Positions 1 through 8,449 of a DNA stretch of 32,000 nt are shown here, in pieces. Both the position numbers and the translations under genes were made by a program. Numbering within the stretch: position 1 is the stretch's first letter; every line of letters starts with the position of its first letter. Origin of the DNA: Pseudomonas aeruginosa (GTDB taxonomy: Bacteria; Pseudomonadota; Gammaproteobacteria; Pseudomonadales; Pseudomonadaceae); assembly GCF_001457615.1 (NCBI RefSeq), contig NZ_LN831024.1, forward strand, positions 3,060,001 to 3,092,000, read 5' to 3'. Under the pieces are notes generated by a model. The model ran no database searches and was not told the DNA's origin. It saw only the letters and a list, made by a program, of their open reading frames with translations.

Positions 1-1
1 G

Positions 2-1036
2 ACCCACGCCCTCGACCTGCACACCACCACCAAGCGCCAGTTCCTGGAAGCGATCGAGCGCGACCTGTTCAAGCCACGCGGCTGGGACTACAAGGTCCAG
101 TTCACCGGCCCGACCGGTGCCGACGCCGTCGAGGCGGCGTTGAAGCTGGCGCGCAAGGCGACCGGGCGTACCAAGGTCGTATCGTTCTACGGGGCTTACC
201 ACGGCATGACCGCCGGCGCCCTGGCCGTCACCGGCAACCGCACTCGCCGTGGCCCTGGGCTTTCCACCGACGTGGTGTTCGTGCCCTACGAAGACAGCCC
301 CTATGGCGAATTCGACAGCATTGGCTTCCTCGAGCGCCTGGCCAACGACCAGGGCAGCGGCTCGGAGCTGCCGGCGGCGGTGATCGTCGAGTCGGTGCAG
401 ATCCAGGCCGGCGTCTACCCGGCTTCCAACCAATGGCTGCAACGCTTGCGCAAGTGGACCACCGACCACGGCGTGCTGCTTATCTGCGACGAGATCCAGG
501 CCGGTTGCGGCCGCACCGGCGACTTCTTCGGCTTCGAGCGCTCCGGGGTGGTGCCGGACCTGATCACCTGCGCCAAATCGATCGGCGGCTTCGGCCTGCC
601 GATGGCGATCGTGTTGCTTCGTGCCGGGCTGGATGTATGGCAACCGGGCGATCACATCGGCACCTTCCGCGGCAACCAGTTGGCGTTCCTGACCGCCCGC
701 ATCGCGCTCAGCTATTGGCACGATGAGCAGTTCCTGAAATTGCTGGCCGGCAACTGCGCGGCCATGGAGCGCGCAGTTGCCGGCTTTGCGGAAATTCCAG
801 GCGTCGCGTCCGCGCGTTGTCGCGGCATGATCGCCGGCATCGATTTCGGCCGCGGCAACGTCGAGGTCGCCAAGGACGCCCAGCAGCGCGTGCTGCAAGC
901 GGGCGTGCTGGTCGACCGCTGCGGCCCGAATGGCGAAATCATCAAGCTGATGCCACCGCTGAACACTCCGACCGACCAACTCGAAGACGGCCTCAGGGCC
1001 TTCGGCGAATCGGTCGCGGCAGCGCTGGGCGAATAG
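2..1036 (+). CDS. Class-III PLP aminotransferase, diaminobutyrate--2-oxoglutarate transaminase (EctB/PvdH/Dat) family; 5' end lies outside the window
   Basis: The frame is open from base 2 with a stop at 1034-1036. Family motifs seen: CDEIQAGCGRTGDFFGFE, CAKSIGGFGLP (Schiff-base Lys) and WQPGDHIGTFRGN. High GC3 coding bias. Confidence 0.85.
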   Translation, partial: THALDLHTTTKRQFLEAIERDLFKPRGWDYKVQFTGPTGADAVEAALKLARKATGRTKVVSFYGAYHGMTAGALAVTGNRTRRGPGLSTDVVFVPYEDSPYGEFDSIGFLERLANDQGSGSELPAAVIVESVQIQAGVYPASNQWLQRLRKWTTDHGVLLICDEIQAGCGRTGDFFGFERSGVVPDLITCAKSIGGFGLPMAIVLLRAGLDVWQPGDHIGTFRGNQLAFLTARIALSYWHDEQFLKLLAGNCAAMERAVAGFAEIPGVASARCRGMIAGIDFGRGNVEVAKDAQQRVLQAGVLVDRCGPNGEIIKLMPPLNTPTDQLEDGLRAFGESVAAALGE

Positions 1037-1100
1037 CTGCCAGGGTCACCCTTCGGCCTGTGTTGAAGCGCAGGCCGGAGACCTGTTGGACATCAGCCAG

Positions 1101-1109
1101 AACAATAAT
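1101..1109 (+). promoter_or_regulatory. AACAATAAT (AAnAAnAA-type) tract directly 5' of SD AGGAGA (1111-1116); candidate Hfq/Crc site
   Basis: Read directly. The motif sits 2 nt upstream of the SD that serves GTG 1125. Confidence 0.4.
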
Positions 1110-1124
1110 CAGGAGACCTCGAGC

Positions 1125-2045
1125 GTGCGTGAACACAATGATGAAAGCTTCGAGTTCGAAGTGTCCGTGATCGGGCTCGGAGCCATGGGAACCATCATGG
1201 CCCAAGCGTTGCTCAGGCAAGGCAGGCGCGTGGCGATCTGGAACCGCTCACCCGGCAAGGCCGCGGCGCTCGTCGCCGCTGGCGCTCACCTGTGCGAGAG
1301 CGCCGAAGCCGCGCTGGCTGCAAGCCCGGCCACGATCTTCGTGCTCCTGGACAACCAGGCGACCCACGAGGTGCTCGGGATGCCAGGTGTGATGCAGGCA
1401 CTGGCCAACCGTACGATCGTCGATTACACGACCAACGCCCGGGACGAGGGCCTGGCGCTTCAGAGTCTCGTCAACCGCGCGGGCGGCCATTACGTCAAAG
1501 GGATGATCGTGGCCTACCCGCGCAACGTTGGTCGTCGCGAAAGCCACAGCATTCATACCGGTGATCCTGAGGCCTTCGAACGGCATCGGGCGCTGCTTGA
1601 GGGGCTTGCCGGCCATACGACGTTCCTCCCCTGGGACGAAGCATTGGCCTTCGCCACCGTGCTCCACGCGCATGCGTTTGCCGCGATGGTGGCTTTCTTC
1701 GAGGCCGTGGGGGCTGGTGTCCACTTCGGCCTGCCGCCTTCGAAGACCGCTCGGCTCATGCTCGACACGTCGCGCTTTTTCGTCGCCGATGCACTCGAGG
1801 AAGCGGTCCGTCGGCTGGAAGCGCAGGATTTCGCAGGCGATCAGGCGAGGCTCGATGTACATGCCCAGGCCTTCGCCCATATCGCCGGAGCCCTGCACGC
1901 ACAAGGGACCTGGACGCCGGTCTTCGACGCGCTGTGCCAGGCCGTGCAACGCGCGGCAGCCATGGGCTATGGCGACCAGGACATCGTAGCCGTCACCCGC
2001 CTGTTCGCCCGCGAATGCGACACCGCAAGCGCGGCGGGACAGTGA
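1125..2045 (+). CDS. NAD(P)-dependent oxidoreductase with 6PGDH/beta-hydroxyacid-dehydrogenase fold, imine-reductase-like
   Basis: N-terminal Rossmann motif VSVIGLGAMGTIMAQALL..VAIWNRS. The GxGxxxKxxNN lysine motif of true beta-hydroxyacid dehydrogenases is absent, as in IRED-like proteins. Start set at GTG 1125, 8 nt after AGGAGA; the track ORF begins at TTG 1086. Confidence 0.7.
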   Translation: MREHNDESFEFEVSVIGLGAMGTIMAQALLRQGRRVAIWNRSPGKAAALVAAGAHLCESAEAALAASPATIFVLLDNQATHEVLGMPGVMQALANRTIVDYTTNARDEGLALQSLVNRAGGHYVKGMIVAYPRNVGRRESHSIHTGDPEAFERHRALLEGLAGHTTFLPWDEALAFATVLHAHAFAAMVAFFEAVGAGVHFGLPPSKTARLMLDTSRFFVADALEEAVRRLEAQDFAGDQARLDVHAQAFAHIAGALHAQGTWTPVFDALCQAVQRAAAMGYGDQDIVAVTRLFARECDTASAAGQ

Positions 2046-2118
2046 CTGCGCTGCGCTTCTAAGGTCCGCGTGGATAGCGCCCGAAGACAACAACTATAAA
2101 AAATCGCTGGAGAATCAT

Positions 2119-2271
2119 ATGCGCCGATTCGGTTTTCTACTGGCTGTCCTTGTACTGGTCATCTTCCTGAGTGCACTGTTTTCGAAGCCTTCCGTCGTCA
2201 ACCGCGGGACGGCTCAGCGCATGGAGCACTACCCCACCGTCGGTATCGGAGACATCTTCCGGGGGCACTAG
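2119..2271 (+). CDS. Hypothetical 50-aa single-pass membrane peptide (MRRFGFLLAVLVLVIFLSALFSKPSVVNRGTAQRMEHYPTVGIGDIFRGH)
   Basis: Below the ORF-track length cutoff and found by eye. SD GGAGAA (2109-2114) lies 4 nt before the ATG. An A-rich tract (2084-2104) lies upstream. One clear hydrophobic helix follows an RR motif. GC3 is about 70%, lower than neighbouring genes. Confidence 0.3.
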   Translation: MRRFGFLLAVLVLVIFLSALFSKPSVVNRGTAQRMEHYPTVGIGDIFRGH

Positions 2272-2334
2272 CCAGGCCTCGGGCGACAGACAGCCTCGAA
2301 GCCTGCCACCCGTTCGACAGCGACCGTGTGCGCC

Positions 2335-3993
2335 TCAGTGGTCTATGGCTCCGCTGGCGCCAAGGCCGGCCTGGCCTCGTACGTATTGGTCGGCGAAGGC
2401 TGCCCTTTCCGCCATGGCCCGCTTGGTCCGGTCCAGGCGGGAAACGCCATACGCCACCAGGAACGCCAACGGCATGGAGAACAGCGCAGGCTGGGTATAG
2501 GGGAACAGCGGCTCGGCGAAGTGCAACACATCCACCCACACCAGCCTGGAGAAAACCACGAAGCCCATGGCGCTGAACAACCCGACGTAGCCACCGGCCA
2601 ACGCGCCACGGGTGGTCAGCCCCGACCAGAACATCGACAGGAACAGCACCGGGAAGTTGGCCGAAGCGGCGATGCCAAAGGCCAGGGCGACCATGAAGGC
2701 CACGTTGATGTTCTCGAACACGATGCCCAGGGCTATCGCCACCAAGCCAAGGCCCAGGGTTGCCAGCTTGGTTACCCGCAGCTCCTGCGCCTCGCTGGCC
2801 GCGCCCTTCATGATCACCCGCGCATACAGGTCATGGGCGATGGCGGACGCCCCGGCCAGGGCCAGGCCTGACACCACGGCCAGGATGGTGGCGAAGGTCA
2901 CGGCGGAGAGGAAGCCCAGCAGCAGGTTGCCTCCCACTGCCTGGGCCAGGTGCATGACCACCATGTTGCCCCCGCCCAGCAGCTTGCCTCCCGCTTCCCC
3001 GCCCTCGAAGAACCGGGGCTGCTGGCTGACGATCACGATCGACGCCAGGCCCAGCAGGAAAATGACATTGAAGAAGTAGCCGATGAACCCGGTGGCGTAG
3101 AGCACCGACTTGCGCGCCTCCCGGGCATCGCCGACGGTGAAGAAACGCATCAGGATGTGCGGCAGCCCGGCGGTGCCGAACACCAGCCCCAGGCTCAGCG
3201 ATAGCGCGGTCAACGGGTCGGCCAGCAAGCCACCAGGGGCCAGCAGGCGTTCGCCCAGGGCATGGCTATCCATCGCCTGGCTGACCAGCCTGTCATAGCT
3301 GAAGTCGAATTCGCGCATCGCCAGGAACAGCACCAGCGAGCCGCCGACCAGCAGCAGGAATGCCTTGACGATCTGCACCCAGGTGGTTGCCACCATACCG
3401 CCGAAGGTCACATACAGCATCATCAGCGCACCGACGATCACCAGGGCGATCTGGTAGTCCAGGCCGAACAGCAGCCTGATCAACTGCCCGGCCCCGACCA
3501 TCTGCGCCACCAGGTAGAAACACACCACGGTCAGCGATCCGATGGCGGCCATGGTGCGCACCTTGCCCTGGTCGAGACGGTACGAGGTGATGTCGGCGAA
3601 GGTGAAGCGGCCCAGGTTGCGCAGCCGCTCGGTCATCAATAGCAGCAGTACCGGCCAGCCCGCGAAGAAGGCGATGAGATAGATGTAGCCATCCATCCCG
3701 GAGCTGTAGATGAGCGCGGTGATTCCCAGCAGCGTGGAGGCGGACATGTAGTCGCCGGCCAGCGCCAGGCCGTTCTGCCAGCCCCGGATACCGCCACCGG
3801 CGCTATAGAAATCCGCCGTCGAATGGGTCCGTCGCGCCGCCCACCAGGTGATGCACAGGGTGAACAGCACGAACACCATGAACATGCCGATGGCATGCAG
3901 GTTGAGCGGCTGGCGCTGGCCAGCGTCCAACGCGGGCGAGGCCAACAGCAGGCCGGAGTGCAGCGACAACGCCAGGGGAAGGAGCTTCTTCAT
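2335..3993 (-). CDS. lvaG: Cation/acetate symporter (ActP/SSS family) permease; LvaG-type
   Basis: Near full-length collinearity with E. coli ActP as I remember it (FYSAGGGI.G.QNGLA.AGDYMSA, GTAGLPHILMRFFTV). Start set at ATG 3993 (MKKLLPL). The longer track ORF to 4329 overlaps the DUF485 gene in another frame. Confidence 0.9.
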   Translation of the reverse strand: MKKLLPLALSLHSGLLLASPALDAGQRQPLNLHAIGMFMVFVLFTLCITWWAARRTHSTADFYSAGGGIRGWQNGLALAGDYMSASTLLGITALIYSSGMDGYIYLIAFFAGWPVLLLLMTERLRNLGRFTFADITSYRLDQGKVRTMAAIGSLTVVCFYLVAQMVGAGQLIRLLFGLDYQIALVIVGALMMLYVTFGGMVATTWVQIVKAFLLLVGGSLVLFLAMREFDFSYDRLVSQAMDSHALGERLLAPGGLLADPLTALSLSLGLVFGTAGLPHILMRFFTVGDAREARKSVLYATGFIGYFFNVIFLLGLASIVIVSQQPRFFEGGEAGGKLLGGGNMVVMHLAQAVGGNLLLGFLSAVTFATILAVVSGLALAGASAIAHDLYARVIMKGAASEAQELRVTKLATLGLGLVAIALGIVFENINVAFMVALAFGIAASANFPVLFLSMFWSGLTTRGALAGGYVGLFSAMGFVVFSRLVWVDVLHFAEPLFPYTQPALFSMPLAFLVAYGVSRLDRTKRAMAERAAFADQYVRGQAGLGASGAIDH

Positions 3994-4313
3994 GCGCCCT
4001 GCTCCTCTTCCAGCCCAGCGACCAGAGCCTGGGTCAGGCGATCGAATTCGCCGTTGGCGCGGTACACATAGAGCGCCGACAAGGCACAGAAGAACACGAA
4101 CAGGAACACGCCGGCGGCGACGCCGAAGGTCATGTTCGAGCCCTGCGCCAGACGCCTGGCAATCAGCTCGGGGCAGAACGATACCAGCGCGATGTAGCCG
4201 TGGAACGTGGCCAGGATCAGCAGGAGCAGGCTCAGGGTGAAACGGTTTCGGCGCGCCACCAGTTGCTGGAACCGGGCACTGGCGCGGATACGTGCGTATA
4301 GCAGGCTGGACAT
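3990..4313 (-). CDS. lvaF: DUF485 / YjcH-like small inner-membrane protein, partner of ActP-type permeases; LvaF-type
   Basis: 107 aa with two hydrophobic helices. ATGA 4-nt overlap with the downstream permease, the classic yjcH-actP arrangement. Confidence 0.85.
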   Translation of the reverse strand: MSSLLYARIRASARFQQLVARRNRFTLSLLLLILATFHGYIALVSFCPELIARRLAQGSNMTFGVAAGVFLFVFFCALSALYVYRANGEFDRLTQALVAGLEEEQGA

Positions 4314-4332
4314 GGGACACCTCGGGCAACCT

Positions 4333-4346
4333 AGTTATTGTTATGG
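4333..4346 (-). promoter_or_regulatory. AACAATAAC (AAnAAnAA) tract upstream of SD GAGGTG of the DUF485 gene; candidate Hfq/Crc site
   Basis: Minus strand reads CATAACAATAACTAGGTTGCCCGAGGTGTCCC-ATG. Confidence 0.4.
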
Positions 4347-4369
4347 AATGTGCGGGTGCGGCAGCGCCA

Positions 4370-6061
4370 TCAGCGGCCGGCGTCGCCGGCCTCCTCCTCC
4401 TGCCGGGCCCACTCGCGCAGGACGAACTTCTGGATCTTGCCGGTGGCGGTCTTGGGCAGTTCGGTAAGCGTCACATGCCGCGGTGCCTTGAAGTGCGCCA
4501 GGCGCTCGCGGCACCAGCGGACCAGATCGTCACCCGTGGTTCTGGGTAAGGCATCCGCCCGCAAGGCGACGAACGCGTGGGGTGTCTCGCCCCAGCGCGA
4601 ATCCGGGCGCGCCACCACCGCGGCCTCGACCACCTCGGGGTGCTGGTAGAGCACTTCCTCGATCTCCAGCGAGCTGATGTTCTCGCCGCCGGAAATGATG
4701 ATGTCCTTGGCCCGGTCCTTGATTTCCACGTAGCCGTCCGGGTGCAGCACGGCCAGGTCGCCGGTGTGCAACCAGCCGTCGGCCAACGCGGCACGGGTGG
4801 CCTCGGGGTTGTGCAGGTAGCCTTTCATCACGGTGTTGCCCCGCACTACCAGTTCGCCAAGGGTGCGGCCGTCGGCCGGGACCGGACGGCCGGTGTCGGT
4901 ATCCAGCACCGTGGCCTCCTCGAGCATCGGGTGGGCGACGCCCTGGCGGCTCATGAACTGGGCCCGGGCCTCCAGCGGCAATTCGTCGACCCCCGGCTGC
5001 CACAGGCACAGGGTGCTGGGGCCGTAGCTTTCGGTCATGCCGTAGGCGTGGGTGATGCTGAAGCCGCGTGCTTCCATGGCGGCGATGACCGCGCTGGGCG
5101 GCGCGGCGCCGCCGGTGATCACCGATACCGGCACGGCAGGGACGCTGGCATGCTCGGCATGGATCAGCATCGACATCACCACCGGCGCGGCGCTCAGGTG
5201 GGTCACCGCATGCTCGGCAATGGCGGCGTGGATCGCATCTGGCTGGACCTTGCGCAGGCATACGTGCGTGCCACCGGACAGCGTCACCGCCCAGGTATGG
5301 CTCCAGCCGTTGCAGTGGAACATCGGCAAGGTCCACAGGTAGACGCTGCGCGGCCCCAACTGGAAGATCAGCGCGCCGGCGCAGGCGTTGAGGTAGGCGC
5401 CGCGGTGATGCAGGACCACGCCCTTGGGATCCCCCGTGGTGCCGGAGGTGTAGTTGATGGCGATCGACTGCCATTCGTTCTGCGGCGCACTCAGCGGCCG
5501 CCCCGGGTCGCCCTGGGCCAGAAACGCCTCATAGTCCAGGTCGTGGGCGAGGTCGGCTCGCTCGGCCTGGTCATCGTCGATGCCCACCAGCAAGGGCGGC
5601 GCATCGAGCATGGCCAGCGCCTGCTGGGCCACGGCACCGAACTCACGGTCGCAGATCAGCACCCTGGCCGCGCAGTGGCGCAGGATGAAGGCGATGCTGC
5701 GTGCCTCCAGGCGAATGTTGATGCATACCAGCACCGCCCCGGCACCGGGTACGCCATAGTGGGCCTCGAGCATTTCCGGGATATTCGGCGCCAGTATCGC
5801 CACCCGCTCGCCCGCTTGTACGCCGACCCGCTCCAGGGCACTGGCCAGGGCGCAACTGCGCTCGTGCAACTGGCGGTAGCTGTAGCGCCTTGCGCCATAG
5901 ACCACCGCATCGCGCTGCGGGTACACCTGCGCGGCACGCTTGAGGAACGACAGCGGCGACAGCGGGACATGGTTGGCTTCGTTGGGAGCAAGCTCATGCT
6001 CGAGGGTCGGAACCATCATGGCAGCCACCTCATCGACACATTGCTCGGGTCTTGCACGCAC
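4370..6061 (-). CDS. lvaE: AMP-dependent acyl-CoA synthetase/ligase (short/medium-chain); LvaE-type
   Basis: AMP-binding motifs YTSGTTGDPKGV, TGD and GKIQK are present. The start is ambiguous. GTG 6061 lies 7 nt after AGGAGG (6069-6074). ATG 6067 is only 1 nt after the SD. ATGATG 6019/6016 (MMVPTLEH) is the homology-style start. The track start 6118 overlaps the SDR gene. Confidence 0.9.
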   Translation of the reverse strand: MRARPEQCVDEVAAMMVPTLEHELAPNEANHVPLSPLSFLKRAAQVYPQRDAVVYGARRYSYRQLHERSCALASALERVGVQAGERVAILAPNIPEMLEAHYGVPGAGAVLVCINIRLEARSIAFILRHCAARVLICDREFGAVAQQALAMLDAPPLLVGIDDDQAERADLAHDLDYEAFLAQGDPGRPLSAPQNEWQSIAINYTSGTTGDPKGVVLHHRGAYLNACAGALIFQLGPRSVYLWTLPMFHCNGWSHTWAVTLSGGTHVCLRKVQPDAIHAAIAEHAVTHLSAAPVVMSMLIHAEHASVPAVPVSVITGGAAPPSAVIAAMEARGFSITHAYGMTESYGPSTLCLWQPGVDELPLEARAQFMSRQGVAHPMLEEATVLDTDTGRPVPADGRTLGELVVRGNTVMKGYLHNPEATRAALADGWLHTGDLAVLHPDGYVEIKDRAKDIIISGGENISSLEIEEVLYQHPEVVEAAVVARPDSRWGETPHAFVALRADALPRTTGDDLVRWCRERLAHFKAPRHVTLTELPKTATGKIQKFVLREWARQEEEAGDAGR

Positions 6062-6068
6062 ATACATA

Positions 6069-6089
6069 CCTCCTGTTCTTGTTGTTATT
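6069..6089 (-). promoter_or_regulatory. AAT-AAC-AAC-AAG-AAC (five AAN repeats, 6075-6089) fused to SD AGGAGG (6069-6074); candidate Hfq/Crc site
   Basis: Minus strand reads GCGCAATAACAACAAGAACAGGAGGTATGTATGTG, in the SDR-ligase intergenic gap. Confidence 0.5.
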
Positions 6090-6102
6090 GCGCCAGGGCG
6101 CG

Positions 6103-6870
6103 TTACAGGCTGCTGCACAGGTGGCCGCCATCGACCACGATCTCGGCGCCGCTCATGGCCCGCCCGGCATCGCTGGCGAGCAGCAGCAAGGCGCCGTCCA
6201 GGTCCGCCGGCACGCTGAAGCGGCGGCTGGGGATACGCGAGCGCAACTTGTCGCCGGCCTCGCTGGCCAGGAAGGCCTCGTTCAGGTCGGTCATCACGTA
6301 GCCGGGCGCCAGGGCGTTCACCCGGATGCCATGGCGCGCCAACTCCAGCGCCATGGCGCGGGTCAGGTGGGCCAGGCCGGCCTTGGCCGCCAGGTAGGGG
6401 CCGACGGCGCCGGCCACACGGCTGGCGAGGATCGAAGTGACATTGATCAGGCTGCCGCCCTTCCCCGCCGCGACCATGCGCCTGGCGCTTTCCTGGGCCA
6501 CCGCCCAGGCGCCCTTGAGGTTGGTGTCGAGCACGCGGTCCCAGCTTTGATCGTCGCAGGCCAGCAAGGGCTGGCTGTCGCTCACCCCCGCATTGTTGAC
6601 CAGCACATCCAGCGGGCCGGCGGCATCGAGCACCCGGCAGATATCCTCACGGCAGGTCACATCGAGGGCAAAGGCCTGCGCCCGCCCTCCCGCCACCTCG
6701 ATGGCCTCCACCAGTGCCTGCAGCGGCGCCTGGCGCCTGGCAGTCACCACCACCTCGGCGCCTGCGGCGGCCAGGGTCATGGCGAAGTGGCGGCCCAGGC
6801 CGCTGGAGGCTCCGGTCACCAGGGCGCGGCGCCCGTCGAGGGCGAACAGTCGGGTCAGGTTCGGCTGCAT
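6103..6870 (-). CDS. lvaD: Short-chain dehydrogenase/reductase (classical SDR); LvaD-type 4-oxoacyl-CoA reductase candidate
   Basis: TGASSGLGRH, NNAG and Y..AAK motifs. Its start shares one nt with the stop of the upstream ACAD gene (TGATG). Confidence 0.9.
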   Translation of the reverse strand: MQPNLTRLFALDGRRALVTGASSGLGRHFAMTLAAAGAEVVVTARRQAPLQALVEAIEVAGGRAQAFALDVTCREDICRVLDAAGPLDVLVNNAGVSDSQPLLACDDQSWDRVLDTNLKGAWAVAQESARRMVAAGKGGSLINVTSILASRVAGAVGPYLAAKAGLAHLTRAMALELARHGIRVNALAPGYVMTDLNEAFLASEAGDKLRSRIPSRRFSVPADLDGALLLLASDAGRAMSGAEIVVDGGHLCSSL

Positions 6871-8042
6871 CAGCGGGCCTCCAGGCGCTGGTCGAGCAGT
6901 TTCTTCGCCAGGCTCATGCGGTGCACCTCGCTCGGGCCGTCATAGATGCGGAACGGGCGAATGTCGCGGAAGATCCGCTCCACCACGGTGTCTCCGGTCA
7001 CCCCGCGCCCGCCCAGTACCTGGACGCAACGATCGACCACCCGCCACAACGCCTCGGCGCTGATCACCTTGGCCATGCTGGAGTCGACATTGGCCCGCCG
7101 GCCCTGGTCGAGCACCCAGGCACAGTGCCACACCGCCAGGCGCACCACGTGCAGGTCCATCATGTTGTCGGCCAGCATGAAGCCCACACCCTGGTGCTCG
7201 CCCAGCGGCTTGCCGAAGGCGTCGCGGGTGCGCGCATAGTCGCAGGCGATGTCGTGGGCGCGACGCGCGGCGCCCAGCCAGCGCATGCAGTGGGTGAGCC
7301 GCGCCGGCGCCAGGCGCACCTGGGCATACCGGAACCCCTTGCCGATCTCGCCGAGCACATCGCTCGCCGGAATACGCAGGTTGTCGAAACGCAGCTGCCC
7401 GTGGCCACCGGTGAAGCAGCTGTCCAGCGAGTCCAGCTGACGCTCATGGATGATGCCGTCGCGTTTCATGTCGGTCAGGAACATGGTCGCCGTACCATCC
7501 TCCATGCGCGCCATGACGATGCCGAAGTCGGCGCCTTCTGCGCCGGTGATCAGCCACTTGCGGCCATTGATCAGGTAGTCGTCGCCATCGCGGGTGGCGG
7601 TGGTGCGCAGCATCGAGGGGTCCGAGCCGGAGCCTGGCGCAGGCTCGGTCATGGCGAAGCAGGAACGGGCATGGCCCTGGACCAGCGGGCGCAACCAGCG
7701 GTCTTTCTGCGCCTCGGTGGCGACCATGTCCATCAGGTGGATGTTGCCTTCGTCCGGGGCATGGATGTTCAGCGCCACCGGGCCCAGCGGCGAGTAGCCG
7801 GCCTCTTCGAAGACGATCGCCTTGGCCACGTGGCTCAGCGCCAGGCCACCCATTTCGCGGCTGGCGTGGGGCGTCAGCAAGCCGGCCGCGCGGGCGCGGG
7901 CCACCAGGTCCTGGCGCAGGGCGTCGCTGGGGCCGTGGCTGTCCTGGCGGGGGTCGTTCTCGAGCGGGATGACCTGTTCGGCGATGAAGTCTCGGGTCTT
8001 GGCCTGCAAGGCGAGCAGTTCGTCCGGGAGGGTGAAGTTCAT
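6870..8042 (-). CDS. lvaC: Acyl-CoA dehydrogenase family protein (ACAD10/11-like C-terminal type); LvaC-type
   Basis: 390 aa with ACAD N/M/C-domain pattern (CFAMTEP..GSD, KWLITGA, ...IYDGPSEVH). SD AAGGA lies upstream. Confidence 0.9.
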   Translation of the reverse strand: MNFTLPDELLALQAKTRDFIAEQVIPLENDPRQDSHGPSDALRQDLVARARAAGLLTPHASREMGGLALSHVAKAIVFEEAGYSPLGPVALNIHAPDEGNIHLMDMVATEAQKDRWLRPLVQGHARSCFAMTEPAPGSGSDPSMLRTTATRDGDDYLINGRKWLITGAEGADFGIVMARMEDGTATMFLTDMKRDGIIHERQLDSLDSCFTGGHGQLRFDNLRIPASDVLGEIGKGFRYAQVRLAPARLTHCMRWLGAARRAHDIACDYARTRDAFGKPLGEHQGVGFMLADNMMDLHVVRLAVWHCAWVLDQGRRANVDSSMAKVISAEALWRVVDRCVQVLGGRGVTGDTVVERIFRDIRPFRIYDGPSEVHRMSLAKKLLDQRLEAR

Positions 8043-8092
8043 GGTTGTCCTTCTGGATGCTTGTCTGTCGGGAATGAGATGGCTGACGCCGT

Positions 8093-8449
8093 TCAGGGCA
8101 AGGCCTTGGGATTGCTGATGGCCAATCGGGCGAGGGTGACCTGGCGCAATGTCTCGACCAGGGTTCTATGGTTTTGCGGGGCGTCATGGCTGCCCAGGCG
8201 AATGGCCCGTGCCAGTTGGCGGCGCAGGTCGGGCAAGGCTGCGGGCGCCTCGTCGACCAAGGCGGCCAGACGTGTCCGCTCCTGGTCCTCGGCCAGAGCC
8301 CCCAGGCGGCTTTCGCGGGCTGCGATGGCCATGGCATTGGCGATCATCAGGGCCGGGTAACGCAGCTCGCCGGGCAGCGCTGGCAGCAGTTGCTCCAGAA
8401 GCGTCGAGCGAGCGATGTCGAGCAGTTCATGGGCATCGGGCTGGGTCAT
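8093..8449 (-). CDS. lvaB: Small (118 aa) helical protein, DUF6285-like partner of the kinase; LvaB-type
   Basis: ATGA overlap with the upstream phosphotransferase gene. Size and position match the about 12-kDa LvaB of the P. putida lva operon. No enzymatic motif seen. Confidence 0.7.
   Translation of the reverse strand: MTQPDAHELLDIARSTLLEQLLPALPGELRYPALMIANAMAIAARESRLGALAEDQERTRLAALVDEAPAALPDLRRQLARAIRLGSHDAPQNHRTLVETLRQVTLARLAISNPKALP

Noticed and set aside
2273-2303. Imperfect hairpin AGGCCTCG-N15-CGAAGCCT between the small ORF and the convergent permease gene, considered as a bidirectional terminator.
   Set aside because: One mismatch in an 8-bp stem, a 15-nt loop, and no U-tract on either strand. 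This is too weak to call.
3994-4329. N-terminal extension of the ActP-type ORF to 4329 (664 aa in the track).
   Set aside because: The extension is Arg/Pro-rich nonsense overlapping the real DUF485 gene in another frame. Homology-style alignment to ActP begins at MKKLLPL (ATG 3993), which forms the classic ATGA junction.
4577-6301. Very long antisense ORFs opposite real genes. Examples: 4577-6301 (+, 574 aa), 6714-8360 (+, 548 aa), 13241-14614 (+, 457 aa), 16035-17144 (+), 20167-21240 (+), 22414-23712 (+), 24682-26088 (+, 468 aa), 27749-29626 (-, 625 aa), 7444-8337 (-), 19763-20839 (-).
   Set aside because: These are typical shadow ORFs of 66%-GC DNA. Their products are low-complexity R/G/A/P/H-rich strings with no motifs. 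The opposite or alternate frame carries a clearly recognisable protein with strong GC3 bias.
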